This document shows, piece after piece, positions 14,702-28,309 of a stretch of 64,000 bases of DNA. The notes below the pieces were generated by a model, which worked only from the letters and a program-made list of their open reading frames with translations, did not search any database and was not told the origin of the DNA. The position numbers and the translations under genes are program-made. The stretch is taken from assembly GCA_964016885.1 (NCBI GenBank), contig OZ024743.1, positions 181,846,001 to 181,910,000 of the forward strand. The letters are read 5' to 3'. Every line of letters starts with the position of its first letter. Positions within the stretch are counted from its first letter, which is position 1. The stretch comes from Eledone cirrhosa. Taxonomy: Eukaryota.

Positions 14702-17700
14702 GCAGACAATGATCTGAATACTGAGATAAATAATACCTGGAACAGAGATACGGCCACTGAGGAGATGAATGCTGACGGGCTAGGACAAGATTCGGTTGAC
14801 ATCCTAAATTTAGTGGTAGATGAATTGAACAATGATAGTGGGAGACCTATGAACCTAAGATTTGTAGACAGGAAAAAGTTAAAAGAAACAACAGCTAAGG
14901 TAAACAAAGTCATCCCATACCTTGAGGCGAGGAGCCTTCACCAGTGCAACAATATCCTCAAAGCAACAGCAAATACGGTGAGGAAACTACTTGGTATAAA
15001 AGCGAGAGGAAACAACAGACAAGAAAGAGCAGAGCCGTGGTGGAAGAAGCGACTGAGTGGGCAAATCGGGGAAATGAGAAATGACATAGGAAAGCTTGAG
15101 TCACTACTGAATGGGACACTAAAAAACATAGGCACTAAAAATAGACTGGAAATAAAATACAAAACTAGGAGTAAAAAGCTAAATATTATCATAGAGGAAT
15201 TGAAGCAACGCATTGTAGCAAAGAGTGCAAAAATCAGGCGATACGAGAACAGAGTCAGTCAGTATAAACAGAACCGCATGTTCGACAACAACCAGAAGAT
15301 GCTGTTTGGACAGCTTGAGGGGAAAGAAAGAGGCAACGACTTGATCCCTGGGGCGGAACAAACTAAAACATTCTGGAGAGGAATATGGGAGCAGGATGTT
15401 AGACACAATGCCCAGGCAGGGTGGATTGAGACAGTACAGAGGGAGATCGGTGAGCAGACACAACAACAGACTGATTTGAGTATCACAGTTGAAACTCTTA
15501 AGGGGCAAGCCAAAAAACTAACCAACTGGAAATCACCAGGCCCAGATGGTGTGCAGGGGTATTGGATTAAACATTTAACATCCCTCCACCCGAAGCTGAC
15601 GGCCATGTTCAATGACTGCTTGGTGTCGGGTGAGGTGCCAGAGTGGTTGACAAAAGGTACCACAGTTCTGATAATGAAAGACCGAATCAAGGGTAATGAT
15701 GTTACCAACTATAGACCTATCACATGTCTGCCCGTAATGTGGAAACTGTTGACGAGCATTGTGTCTGAGGAAATCTACCATCACCTCCGCACAAACAACT
15801 TGTTACCGGACGAACAGAAAGGATGCCGAAAGAAGTCACGTGGTACAAAGGACCAGTTGCTTATTGATAAGATGGTAATGGGGAATTGCAGGAGGAGACA
15901 CACTGATCTTGCCATGGGATGGATAGACTACAGAAAGGCATTTGACATGGTGCCTCATTCCTGGATCACCAAAAGCCTGGAGATCTTCAGGGTGGCAGAT
16001 AACATCAGACAGTTGCTAGGCAGGAGTATGGGGTCCTGGGAGACAGAGTTGACATCAACTGGAGTATCCTTGGGAAGCGTGAAGATCAAGAGAGGTATCT
16101 TCCAGGGAGATAGCCTGTCCCCTCTGTTGTTTGTCCTTGCCCTGATGCCCTTGACCATTATGCTGCGAAAAGTGAGAGCAGGATACAAGTTGGGAAGGGG
16201 AGAGCTTACCATCAATCACCTCCTCTTCATGGACGATCTTAAGCTCTTCGGGAAAAGTGAGAAGGAGTTGGATGTGCTTGTTGACACTGTCCGTATTTTC
16301 AGCAGTGATATATGTATGCAGTTTGGTATTGGTAAATGTGGAGTCATTGTGATGAAGAGGGGTAGGTTGAGCAGAAGTAACGGGATCCCGATACCAACAG
16401 GTGAGATGATAAAGGAAATTGACTCTGAGGAAGGATACAAGTATTTGGGCGTTCTGGAGGCTGATGGCATAAAGAACAAAAAAATGAAGGAATTGTTAAG
16501 AACTGAATACATTCGGAGAGTAAGGAGCGTATTGAAGTCACATCTGAACAGCAGAAATGCCATAAGCGCAGTAAATTCCCGAGCTGCGTCTATTATTAGG
16601 TACAGTGCGGGAATTCTGAGATGGAATGTTGCTGAACAAAAAGAAATGGATAGGAAGACTAGGAAGCTATTGACTATCTACAACATGTTCCACAAGAGGA
16701 GTGATGTCGATAGACTCTACCTAAGGAGATCTGAGGGTGGAAGAGGTCTTATCAGCATAGAGGACTGTGTTCAATGGAGAAAAACAACCTATACAAATAC
16801 GTGACCTATAGTAAGGAGCCAATGCTCAGAACTGTACTGAAGGAGGGGACAGTAGGCCAGGGGATGTCCAAGGAGGAAATAACATCAAGGAGGAAGAGCA
16901 GCCTTAAGGGAAAATCCCTTCATAGTACCTTCTTTGAGAAAACTGAATTTAGAGATCCACAGACATGGAACTGGTTGAGAAGAGGAGACCTCAAAAAGGC
17001 TACAGAAGGAATGCTAATGGCTGCGCAGGAGCAGGCCCTCAAAACGAAGTGGTTGAAGCACCATATCTACAAGGAGGAGGCTAGCCCACTGTGCAGGATC
17101 TGTGGAGAGAGAGAGGAGACTGTGGCTCACATTGTGTCCGAGTGTAAACACCTAGCCCAGACCCACTATAAGGGCTGGAGACACGATGTGATGGGCAGGG
17201 TAATCCACTGGCACCTGTGCAAAGTAAACAATCTACCACATTCTGAGAAATGGTATGAGCATAGGCCAGAGGCGGTGATGGAGGAGAACAATCAGGTGAA
17301 GGTGCTGTGGGATTTTAGGATACAGACGGACAAAAAACTGGAACACAATAGACCTGACCTGGTGGTTGTGGACAAAGAAAAAAGATCGTGCCTGATTGTG
17401 GATGTGGCCTGCCCGTTCGACACGAGAGTGCAAGAGAAGGAGAGGGAGAAAATTAACCGATACCAGGACCTAAAGTGGGAGGTGAAAAGGATTTGGAACT
17501 GCCATGAAGTCAAAGTGATCCCGATTGTCATAGGCGCACTGGGGACTATCTCCAAAAGTTTCCAGGGATGGTTAAAGAAAATCGGCCCCTTCACGCTTTT
17601 TAGAACGCTTCAAAAGGCATGCTTGCTTGGAACAGCAAGAACCCTCCGATACGTCCTGAATATCTGAGGCTGCAGGTAGTGGCTTGATATTCAATCCAAC

Positions 17701-17741
17701 GGACTTTCCAGTTAACCAACATCAATGACTGAGATTCAAGG
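14699..17741 (+). mobile_element. R4/Dong-like RLE non-LTR retrotransposon family A, 5'-truncated (A1)
   Basis: Single RT-CCHC-RLE ORF; (AAT)n on both sides. Confidence 0.93.
14765..17667 (+). pseudogene. RT + zinc knuckle + restriction-like endonuclease, one frameshift at about 16775
   Basis: [42 protein letters not shown]; CRICGEREETVAHIVSEC, RHD, RPDL..IVDVACP..EKINRY. Confidence 0.93.
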
Positions 17742-17753
17742 AATAACAATAAC

Positions 17754-17787
<34 letters not shown>

Positions 17788-17788
<1 letters not shown>

Positions 17789-18142
17789 GTGCCTGATTGT
17801 GGATGTGGCCTGCCCGTTCGACACGAGAGTGCAGGAGAAGGAGAGGGAGAAAATTAACCGATACCAGGACCTAAAGTGGGAGGTGAAAAGGATTTGGAAC
17901 TGCCATGAAGTCAAAGTGATCCCGATTGTCATAGGCGCACTGGGGACTATCTCCAAAAGTTTCCAGGGATGGTTAAAGAAAATCGGCCCCTTCACGCTTT
18001 TTGGAACGCTTCAAAAGGCATGCTTGCTTGGAACGGCAAGAACCCTCCGATACGTCCTGAATATCTGAGGCTGCAGGTAGTGGCTTGATATTCATTCCAA
18101 CGGACTTTCCAGTTAACCAACATCAATGACTGAGATTCAAGG
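17788..18142 (+). mobile_element. R4/Dong-like family A, 3' fragment (A2)
   Basis: Near-identical to 17387-17741; (AAT)n on both sides. Confidence 0.93.
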
Positions 18143-18154
18143 AATAACAATAAC

Positions 18155-18195
<41 letters not shown>

Positions 18196-18469
18196 TTTCA
18201 TTTATTAGCCACAAGGGCCGACATGTAGGGGACAATACAAAGACAGGGACAGTGGGGGTTTACAATAAGGTCGAGTAAAAGTGCACAATGGCAAGACTAA
18301 TTTAACAATGAAAATATAAAATATAAAATAAACTATGCAAAATATAACAAAATAAATTCCCCGATAGGGGGTGGACGAGCCTTGGGTGATTCGGGTACCC
18401 CACCAATCCTGAACCACCCTGCGCTTCTAGGGCACCCAGGAGAGCACCCCTCTCCTCAAGTTAGCTAGC

Positions 18470-21400
18470 CTATAGGCGCATGGTCAGAGTAGGCCCATTC
18501 ACACGAGCCATTCTTGCCACATTCATCCACCTTTTAGCAAATGTACTGGCGGGGCAGCACTTCTCTCTCCACCCTCACCTTCCTTTCCAGGTGAAACTTG
18601 AAGAAGTTGATGAGGGATTGGCCGAAGAGAAAAGTGTCTGTCTTCAGTCCTTTCAACCTGGTCCACCATATAATCTCTTTCGCAACTGCCACCAGACAGA
18701 GGAAAATGTCCTGCTCTTCCTGACCTAAGGAAGGTGGCGGCTCGATCTTCACTATGGACTCGGCCGATAACTGGATTCGTTCCACACGCGACAGTAGCTG
18801 TTCGACATAACTCCACAAGTCAGTAATGCACGGACATTGGACAAGTGCGTGCAGAACGGTTTCGTCGTTCTGTGCGCATCTTGGGCAGGTCCGTCTGACA
18901 GCACTTCCGTGCCTGTAGAGTTTATCCCGAACCGGCAGTGCCCCCCGGTAGCACTGCCAAGCGAGGGATTTCTGGAAATTGTCCATCGTCCCCGGCTCAA
19001 AAGTCCTCCGGTACAGACTGGTCAGTTCGACTTCGTCGAGGCCCAAAGCTTCTCCGAGTGCGTCATCGCACTTGCCCACCACTAATCCTCTATAAAACTC
19101 GAGAGTGGAAGTTCCACTGATCGCATTGCCCGCTTGGTAGAGGGCAGTGAGTGCCTGGCAACATTCCAGGTGCCAGTCACCCAGTCTCGGTCTCTTCTTG
19201 ACCCAGGACTGCAGCTCAGTCAAAGAAATGAGCTGCGGAAAGGCCCGTCTGATAAACGGCGACCACACCTGTTCACCATTGAGGCAGAATATCTGGAGAT
19301 GTCGCAGCCTCAACGCATGTCTGCGCATCATTAGCCACGGCATGCCCAGCCCTCCGTGTAGAGGGTGCTGGCAGCAGATGGACCGCCTCACCAACGGAAC
19401 TTGTCCCCTCCACAAGAATTTGAAGAGGAGCCGTTCCAACTTGACGAGGCGCGGACGGGGGCAAGGTACGACGGTTAGGCGGTAATAGATGACGGACGCG
19501 ATGTACGCATTCGCCACCTCCGCGCGACCTTTCAGTGATAGCTTCCTCCCAGCCCATTTTTGGGTGAGACTGGCTACTCTGCTCGTTACCTCGTCCCAAT
19601 TCTTTTCCACCTGGAGGTCTGGTCCGAACCAAACCCCGAGCAACTTTACTGGTCCGTCCGTCCAGCGCCCCACGACGCTGTTGGACGGCATGGGCTTGCC
19701 TCTCCAGGTTCCGAGCTGCAAGCCCACCGACTTTTCCGGGTTAAGTTTGGCTCCTGTCAACCTTTCATATTTTTTCAATAAGGTGCCGACCACCTCGATT
19801 TCTGAGGTGTTCGACACCATCACGGTGATGTCGTCCGCATAAGCCGACACCGCCTTTCCACGTCCCGGTTCGAGCGGGATGCCCTGCAACAGCTCCAGCT
19901 TCCGCAGTAAAGGCTCGAGAGTCAATACGTACAGAAGGGAAGAGAGAGGGCACCCTTGACGAACCGATCGGGAGAGCCGAAATGGTTCCGAGAGGTGGCC
20001 ATTAACTTTGACCATCGAGCGTGTGCCGCTGTGCATTGCAACGATCCAGCTTCTAAAGACAGGGCCGAAGCCAGCTGCTTTGAGGACAAACTCCAGATAC
20101 CGATGGTCGACCCTATCGAATGCTTTCGATTGATCTAAATTGATCAGTGCCCCCACCGAAGCCAGGTTTACACCCTACCCTCTCTATGATGTATCACGTG
20201 AGGTGGAGATTGTCGTGTATGGACCTGGCTGGGATTGCGCAAGTTTGCGTCTCCCCAACCAAATCCTCGACGACAAGCGCCAATCTCTTTGCTAACACCT
20301 TGGCCAAAATCTTAAACTCTGTGTTGAGCAGAGTTATGGGCCTGAAGTTGTCTAATGTATCCCTCTTGTTCTCGTCTTTCCTTATCAGCGTCACCACTCC
20401 CCTGCTCACAGAACTGGGAATACTCCCATTCTGCTGCCAGTTACAGTAGAGTGCTTCAAGGAGTTCGGAGAACAAGTCTGGCATATTTACGTAAAGCTCG
20501 TAGGGCAGGCCATCCAAGCCTGGTAACTTGCGCCTCATGCAGCCGACAAGGGCGTCCTGAATTTCGGCTGAAGTAATCGGCCTTTCGCAGCGCTCGGCGT
20601 CGACCGTCGAGATGCGCGGCAAGCCGTCAAGGTAGGGACTGAAATCCGCTACTCTCTCTGACCCGCCACTCTCCCCGAACAACCGAGCAAAGTGCTGGCG
20701 AAAGGCCTCACACATCTGCTTGGAATCGCTTATCTCGTGTCCGTCTCGGTCCGCCAAAGACCGAATTGTGGTTTTATTACCATGCTGCGCCTCCGCCACG
20801 CGGGCCCATCGAACAGCTTTAGTTCCCTCGTTTCTCAGCGCACGCGCCTTAGCTCTGACAATGCAACCTTCGTGTTTGGCATTGAAGAAATGGTCTAATG
20901 CCATTCTCGCCGCTAGCACGTCAGTTGCGATGCCACTACAAATAGCCTCGTCTAACTTATCTACCAGCTCCCCCTCCTTTCTATTTTTCTCTAACGCTAG
21001 TTCTTTGCTGAACTCTATCGAAGTTACTCTAATCTCTCTTTTGAGAGCCCCCCACCATCTGTTGTTGATGATCCCCCCTGTCAACTTTTGCTTAACTAAC
21101 TTATTGACTCGGTCCCTGTAAGCCTTACGTGCCGGAAATGACATGTTCAGCTTCCAGTAACCCGGTCCTAACCTACGCGTTTTATTTAGGTCGACCGTAC
21201 AGATCACAAATTTGTGATCTGAATAGGCGACCGTTTTAAAAAGTGGACAGCCCACACTATTTCTATTTATTTTCCTAATGAAGATTCTGTCTATATACGA
21301 TCTAGATGACCCCATTCGGTTGGTCCATGTCCATACTGGCACATTGGGGAAATCTAGTCGATACCTGTCAGACAGTTGGAACTGGCTGAGTAGGTGCTTG

Positions 21401-21894
21401 AGGCTTTTGCACCCCCCGCTCCTATCGGCTACTCCCACACAATCCCAGCGTGCGTCTAAGATGCCATTCCAGTCCCCCGCTAACAGTAAAGGGCGAGACG
21501 TACCCAGAAAGGTCTCCAGGCGCCTAAAGAAGTCAGGTCGTCCGGCCCCTGTAGGGGCGTAGGCGGCCAGCAGTCTAAAGGCACCACCTTCGTTACTGCT
21601 CACATCCAAGACCACCAACTTACCGTCCGGGTCCCGGAAGATCGACCTTACCTCGAGATCCAGTCCTTTCCTAAACAGCACTGCCACCCCACCCCCCATT
21701 CCCGGCCTGCTAACAGATGCGAAGATCTGATAGTCGTCGAAAATGGGGGCTAGTGCACGCGTGTCGGAAATTCTGGTCTCGCTTACGGCAATCACATCCA
21801 TTTCCAGCGACCGGAGGTCGTTGAGCAGGCGACCCTGCTTCCAGGGTGACCCCAGGCCGCGAACATTTAAACTTTCTACTCTTAATATGGCCAT
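18470..21894 (-). pseudogene. Tx1-A ORF2 (APE endonuclease + RT + CCHC), frameshifted near 20180 and 18540
   Basis: SLNVRGL, VSETRI, AGDWN, SYIDR, YSDH, GPGYWKLN, NFRPITLLN, LDQSKAFDRV, RQGCPLS, AYADD, CPRC..HALVQC. Confidence 0.92.
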
Positions 21895-21903
21895 ATTGGT
21901 AAG

Positions 21904-23830
21904 CTAAGAGAGAGAGGGGGAAGGTTTACTTACCTCCCGGGTCTTGTGAAGGTAGGGTGGTTCGACCTCCATGGTTGGTGGGGTTTCTTTTGGGAACCCC
22001 TTTAAAAGTCTTGATGTGGGTTTCACATTCGGGTTTCCCACGTCTTGAGGAAAGCTCTCTCGAATTTCTTTGAAAGAATTGAGTGACATTCGGACCAGAA
22101 GCAAATCTTCTGGCACGCAAAATGTGCTCATTTCAAAAATCTCCCCCTCTGTTTGAATGTCCTCGCTTCGCGCTAAGAGGGCCATCAGTTTATCGTTGGC
22201 CCTTCTGACAAGCACGAAGTTTTTAACATTTTGTTGGTGTGGTTTTATTTGTTTTCGTTTTGGTGAAGGTGGTGGCGATGGTTTTGGTGGTGTTGTTTCG
22301 GGTATGTCTATGTTTGTTGTAGGTGTGGTGTCTGCAATTTCAGGTATTTGTGTGTTTATTTGTACTTGTGTTTGTTTAGGTTGTTTGCGTTTCGGGGATT
22401 GTGGAGGTGGTGTCGATGTTGCTGATGGTGCTGATGTTATTGGGGAAGTGTCTGCGTTAGTGGTGTCTGTATTTTTTGTTGTGTGTGTTTTTGTGTTTTG
22501 TAGGGGCTTTTTTTTTGTGTGAGTTTTCTCTGTTTTTTTGCACTTTGGGGTTTTCCTTCATCTTCGCTGCTGGAAGACAAAGGGTCTGTGTCTGTGAGTG
22601 TCTCTGTGTCTGTGTGTGCGTTTATTTTTTTTTGTCTATGTATATAGTTGGGGGGGTAGGGGGAGTGGGAGAGCTTTCCTCGTTTTCTCCTTGGATTGGT
22701 TTTGGTGTTGGTGGTGATCCGGCTGCTTTTGATGTTGGTGTCCGTGTTTTTGTTGATGTTGTTTTTGGTGGTGGTGGTGGTGGTGCAGCTTTCCGTGCTG
22801 ACACTGGCGTTGGCAACAAAGGAGGTTTGCGACTCCCTGCATGTTTGCGCTGAGGGCAGAAGGCTTGAAGATGCGTGGCTTCCCCGCAGACGAAGCAGCG
22901 TGGCCTTCTTCCGTCAATCATTAGTTGGATTGTTGTCCCGTCCTGCAGGCGGGCAAAATCTGGGATGTTATTTATATCCTCCGGTTTCATTTGGAGAAGA
23001 ATCTCCAAATCCATTCCGGACCAGTCTTCTCTCTCTGTCCTTTTGATGTCCAGGAGGGTGGTGTCTGTCCCCTCCTCGATTACGCATCCCAGCAGCCACC
23101 ATATGTTCATTCCTGGTGGGATGCTGGGAATGCGTACCTTCACTGTCCTTTTACCCATATAGGACGGATGCATGATAATGCGTTCCGTTCTGCAGGGGAT
23201 CACCGAGTGCTTAATAGCGAGGGCCTCGGATTTGAACAGTACCGAGATGGTACCGAACTGTTTGCCTCTTGCTTTGTACTCTATGTTACTTCCGATGTAC
23301 TCCAACGCAGCCTCTACCTCTGCTTGGCTCGCAAGTTCCACTTTTCGTGTCTGCACCGAAATACATCGAAAGAGCACCGCTATTGCCTCGTCCGGGATGG
23401 TCAGGTTTGCCCAGGACTTCTCCCGTTTAATTAGCCTCCACGCTTTGGCTAACTGTTCGTCTTTATCGCTAATATCAATATCGATATTCAATAAGCGCTT
23501 TGTTTTTGCTGCTGCTGCTGCTGCAGCAAATGTGGTGTTTCTGATGCTCTTATTGTTGTTGTTGTCATTCTTGCTGTTGCCACCGCCATCCTTGTTTACA
23601 TTGAAGCTGTCGGTGTTTTTGTCGTTATTGCTCTGAGTTGTTGTTGTTGTGGTGGTGGTGGTGGTGGTGGCGGTGGTGGTGATGTCGTTTTCAGATGATA
23701 CTGCTGCTATGCCAGAAGATTGTGATGGTAGCTTTTTAGTTTTGCCTTCACATTCAGTAGAGTGGATGACAGGCATGACTGTAGCCGTCGTAGTCGTGGT
23801 GAAATCTGCAGTGGCTGCCTTTAAACTTTT
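21904..23830 (-). pseudogene. Tx1-A ORF1 (gag-like, zinc knuckle), frameshifted
   Basis: GRRPRCFVCGEATHLQAFC; T/N-rich N-terminus and P/T/K-rich C-terminal half; frame breaks near 22620; start codon uncertain. Confidence 0.8.
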
Positions 23831-24707
23831 GACCTGAACGTTGTTTACCGTTTCAAGGTCGAAAATTTCCTTAATTTTCTTTTGGTGGGGAAGCGATTTT
23901 TTTTTTTCGAAGATTTTAAAAATAAATCTGAATATTCGGGCTTAAAGCCCGAATATTGAGAGGTATCCCTCTCTTTAAATCAAGATGTGTACCTTAAGTT
24001 TCGTTAATGACAAGAAAATACAAAAAAAGACACTTTAAAACAGCTTAAAGCTACGAACCGTTTCCCCCGCAGACTTGTCTGTCTTCACACATGTGCGGCC
24101 AATAATAATAATAATAATAATGAGGAAAATGACAAAATGACTAAATAACTAAAGATAATTTCACCACCAACACCACCACCACTACCACGATAAAAACTCT
24201 GGTCAAGTCGACTCGACCGCTATTTCTACTCCAACTTCAACACCATCACTACAGTAATGCGAACACATCACCACCACCACTGCCTCATTATCGTTACCGC
24301 CGCTATTCTCTCCCACTACCTCCTGCTAGTTGCTGCTAGCACAGAACCGCCACCACCACCACCACCACTGCCTCATTATCACTACCGCCGCTATTCTCAC
24401 CCGTTGCCCCTGCTACATCGTAGAATCCACACTAAAAGAGGAAGGCATCAAAATATATAAATAGACTGAATTGATGACCCGGTCAAAATCAAAAAAACAA
24501 AAATCAAAATCAAAGCAGCACAGCAACAACGAAAAACGTAAAGAAAATAAGAATGAAGAGAAAAACAAACAGACGGACAGAGAAGGGAAGGGAAAAACTA
24601 AGTCAGACATTCAAACACTACATTACAATGAAACTTATGCTTATTCATTTTTGGGGGGTTTTTTGGCTGTTTGTTTGTTTATTTATGTTCGTCTACAGCG
24701 TGATAAT

Positions 24708-27700
24708 GCCACACAAAAATCACGTGGAGTGACGAAACCACCGGAGATGATAAATTCACCGGTGGTTATGTAACCATACATTCGCCAATCCTCGATAAGA
24801 GTGTTTAAATGTCGAACCTAAACAGTTCGAATAACGGTGAAATGGAGACTAGATTGTCATGTGACAGACTCTCACCCAACAGGTGCTCCCTGGCTCAGCA
24901 GCAGGGACCTGGCTGTCAACTGCTGGTATCGGAGGAAGAAGAAGGAAAGGGACCAGAACCAACTGGACGAAAGAATTGAATAGAACTGTTATGCAATGTT
25001 ACCTGAAGAGTAACCCCAAGGAGAAAGGCTATAGGAAACGGATGCATAACATCTGGAACGAGATTGGTCTATTTAAATTAGATGAACAAAAATTGGCCGG
25101 GCAGGCTCGGGTAATAAGAACTAATGGGTGGATAAGCGAGCTGGAACTGGAGGAACTGAGCAGAGAGATTAGCTTGGAGATGGAGAGTGAAGTATGCCAG
25201 GCAAACGAGCCAGTGAGAAATGAAGGTGAAGAGGTCGAGAGAACGGAGGAACCACCCCAAGCAGACAATGATCTGAATGCTGAGATAAATAATACCTGGA
25301 ACAGAGATACGGCCACTGAGGAGATGAATGCTGATGGGCTAGGACAAGATTTGGTTGATATCCTAAACTTAGTGGTAGATGAATTGAACAATGATAGTGG
25401 GAGACCTATGAACCTAAGATTTGTAGACAGGAAAAAGTTAAAAGAAACAACAGCTAAGGTAAACAAAGTCATCCCATACCTTGAGGCGAGGAGCCTTCAA
25501 CAGTGCAACAATATCCTCAAAGCAACAGCAAATACGGTGAGGAAACTACTTGGTATAAAAGCGAGAGGAAACAACAGACAAGAAGAAACGACTGAGTGGT
25601 CAAATCAGGGAGATGAGAAATGACATTGGAAAGCTTGTGTCCCTACTGAATGGGACACTAAAAAACATAGACACTAAAAATAGACTGGAAATAAAGTACA
25701 AAACTAGGAGGAAAAAGCTAAATATTATCATAGAGGAACTGAAGCAACGCATTGTAGCATAGAGTGCAAAGATTAGGCGATACGAGAACAGAGTCAGCCA
25801 GTATAGACAGAACCGCATGTTCGACAACAACCAGAAGATGCTGTTTGGACAGCTTGAAGGGAATGAAAGAGGCAACGACTTGATCCCTGAGGCGGAACAA
25901 ACTAAAACATTCTGGAGAGGAATATGGGAGCAGGATGTTAAACATAATGACCAGGCAGTGTGGATTGAGACAGTACAGTAGGAGATTAGTGAACAGGCAC
26001 ACCAACAAACTGATTTGAGTATCACAGTTGAAACTCTTAAGGGGCAGGCCAAAAAACTAACCAACTGGAAATCACCAGGCCCAGATGGTGTACAGGGGTA
26101 TTGGATTAAAAATATAACATCCCTCCACCCGAAATTGACAACCATGTTCAATGACTGCTTGATGTCAGGTGAGGTACCAGAGTGGTTGACAAAAGGTACC
26201 ACAGTTCTGATAATGAAAGACCGAATCAAGGGTAATGATGTTACCAACTATAGACCTATCACATGTCTGTCCGTAATGTGGAAACTGTGACAAGCATTAT
26301 GTCTGAGGAAATCTACCATCACCTCCACACAAACAACTTGTTACCGGACGAACAGAAAGGATGCCGAAAGAAGTCACGTGATACAAAGGACCAGTTACTT
26401 ATTGATAAGATGGTAATGAGGAATTGCAAGAGGAGACACACTGGTCTTGCCATGGGATGGATAGACTACAAAAAGGCATTTGACATGGTGCCTCATTCTT
26501 GGATCACCAAAAGCCTGGAGATCTTCAAGGTGGCAGATAACATCAGACAGTTGTTGGGCAAAAGTATGAAGTCCTGGGAAACAGAGTTAACATCAACTGG
26601 AGAATCCTTGGGAAGCGTGAAGATCAAGAGAGGTATCTTCCAGGGAGATAGTCTGTCCCCTCTGTTGTTTGTCCTTGCCCTGATGCCCCTGACCAGTGTA
26701 CTGCGAAAAGTGAGAGCAGGATACAGGTTGGGAAAGGGAGGGCTTACCATCTATCACCTCCTCTTCGTGAACGATCTTAAGCTCTTCGGGAAGAGAGAGA
26801 AGGAGTTGGATGTGCTTGTTGACACTGTCCGTATTTTCACCAATGATATATGTATGCAATTTGGTATTAGTAAGTGTGGAGTCATTGTGATGAAGAGGGG
26901 TAAGTTGAGCAGAAGTAACGGAATCCAGGTACAAACGGGTGAGATGATAAAGGAAATTGACTCTGAAGAAGGATACAAGTATTTGGTCGTTCTGGAGGCT
27001 GATGACATCAAGAACAAAAAAATGAATGAATTGATAAGAACTGAATACATTCGGAGAGTAAGGAGCGTATTAAAGTCACATCTGAACTGCAGGAATGCCA
27101 CAAGTGCAGTAAATTCCCGAGCTGTGTCTATTATTAGGTACAGTGCGGGAATTCTGAGATGGAATGTTGCTGAACAGAAAGAAATGGATAGGAAGACTAG
27201 GAAGCTATTGACTATCTACAACATGTTCCACAAGAGGAGTGATGTCAATAGACTCTACTTAAGGAGATCTGAGGGTGGAAGAGGTCTTATCAGCATAGAG
27301 GACTGTGTTCAGATGGAGAAAAACAACCTACACAAATACGTGACTGATAGTAAGGAGCCAATGCTCAGAACTGTATTGAAGGAGGGGACAATAGGCCAGG
27401 GGATGTCCAAGGAGGAAATAACATCAAGGAGAAAGAGCAGCCTTCAGGAAAAATCCCTTCATAGTACCTTCTTTGAGAAAACTGAATTTAGAGATCCACA
27501 GAATGGAACTGGTTGAAAAGAGGAGACCTTAAAAAGGCTACAGAAGGAATGTTAATGGCTGCGCAGGAGCAGGCCCTCAAAACGAAGTGGTTGAAACACC
27601 ATATTTACAAGGAGGAGGCTAGCCCACTGTGCAGGATCTGTGGAGAGAGAGAGGAGACTGTGGCTCACATTGTATCCGAGTGTAAACACCTAGCCCAGAC

Positions 27701-28278
27701 TCACTATAAGGGCTGGAGACATGATGTGATGGGCAGGGTGATCGACTGGCACCTATGAAAAGTAAACAATTTACCACATTCTGAGAAGTGGTATGAGCAT
27801 AAACCAGAGGCGGTGATAGAAAACGATTCGGTGAAGGTGCTGTGGGATTTTAGGATACAGACGGACAAGAAACTGGAACACAATAGACCTGACCTGGTGG
27901 TTGTGGACAAAGAAAAAAGATCGTGCCTGATTGTGGATGTGGCCTGCCCATTCGACACGAGAGTGCAAGAGAAGGAGAGGGAGAAAATTAACCGATACCA
28001 GGACTTAAAGAGGGAGGTAAAAAGGATTTGGAACTGCCATGAAGTCAAAGTGTACCCGATTGTCATAGGCGCACTAGGGACTATCTCAAAAAGTTTCCAG
28101 GGATGGTTAAAGAAAATTGGCCCCTTCATGCTTTTTGGAAGGCTTCAAAAGGCATGCTTGCTGGGAACAGCAAGAAACCTCCGATACGTCCTGAATATCT
28201 GAGGCTGCAGGTAGTGGCTTGATATTCATTTCAACAAACTTTCCAGTTAACTAACATCAATGACTGAGACTCAAAGAG
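24708..28278 (+). mobile_element. R4/Dong-like family A, near full length but decayed (A3); 5' boundary uncertain
   Basis: Collinear with A1, plus an N-terminal RTNWTKELNRTVMQCY motif; several stops and frameshifts; FMDD changed to FVND; (AAT)n tail. Confidence 0.9.
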
Positions 28279-28309
28279 TAATAACAACAATAATAATAAT
28301 AATAATAAT

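Larger units (their letters stand above)
18194..24100 (-). mobile_element. L1/Tx1-clade non-LTR retrotransposon family A, full length, frameshifted
   Basis: ORF1 with CCHC knuckle and ORF2 with APE-RT; (AAT)n directly abuts both ends. Confidence 0.92.
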
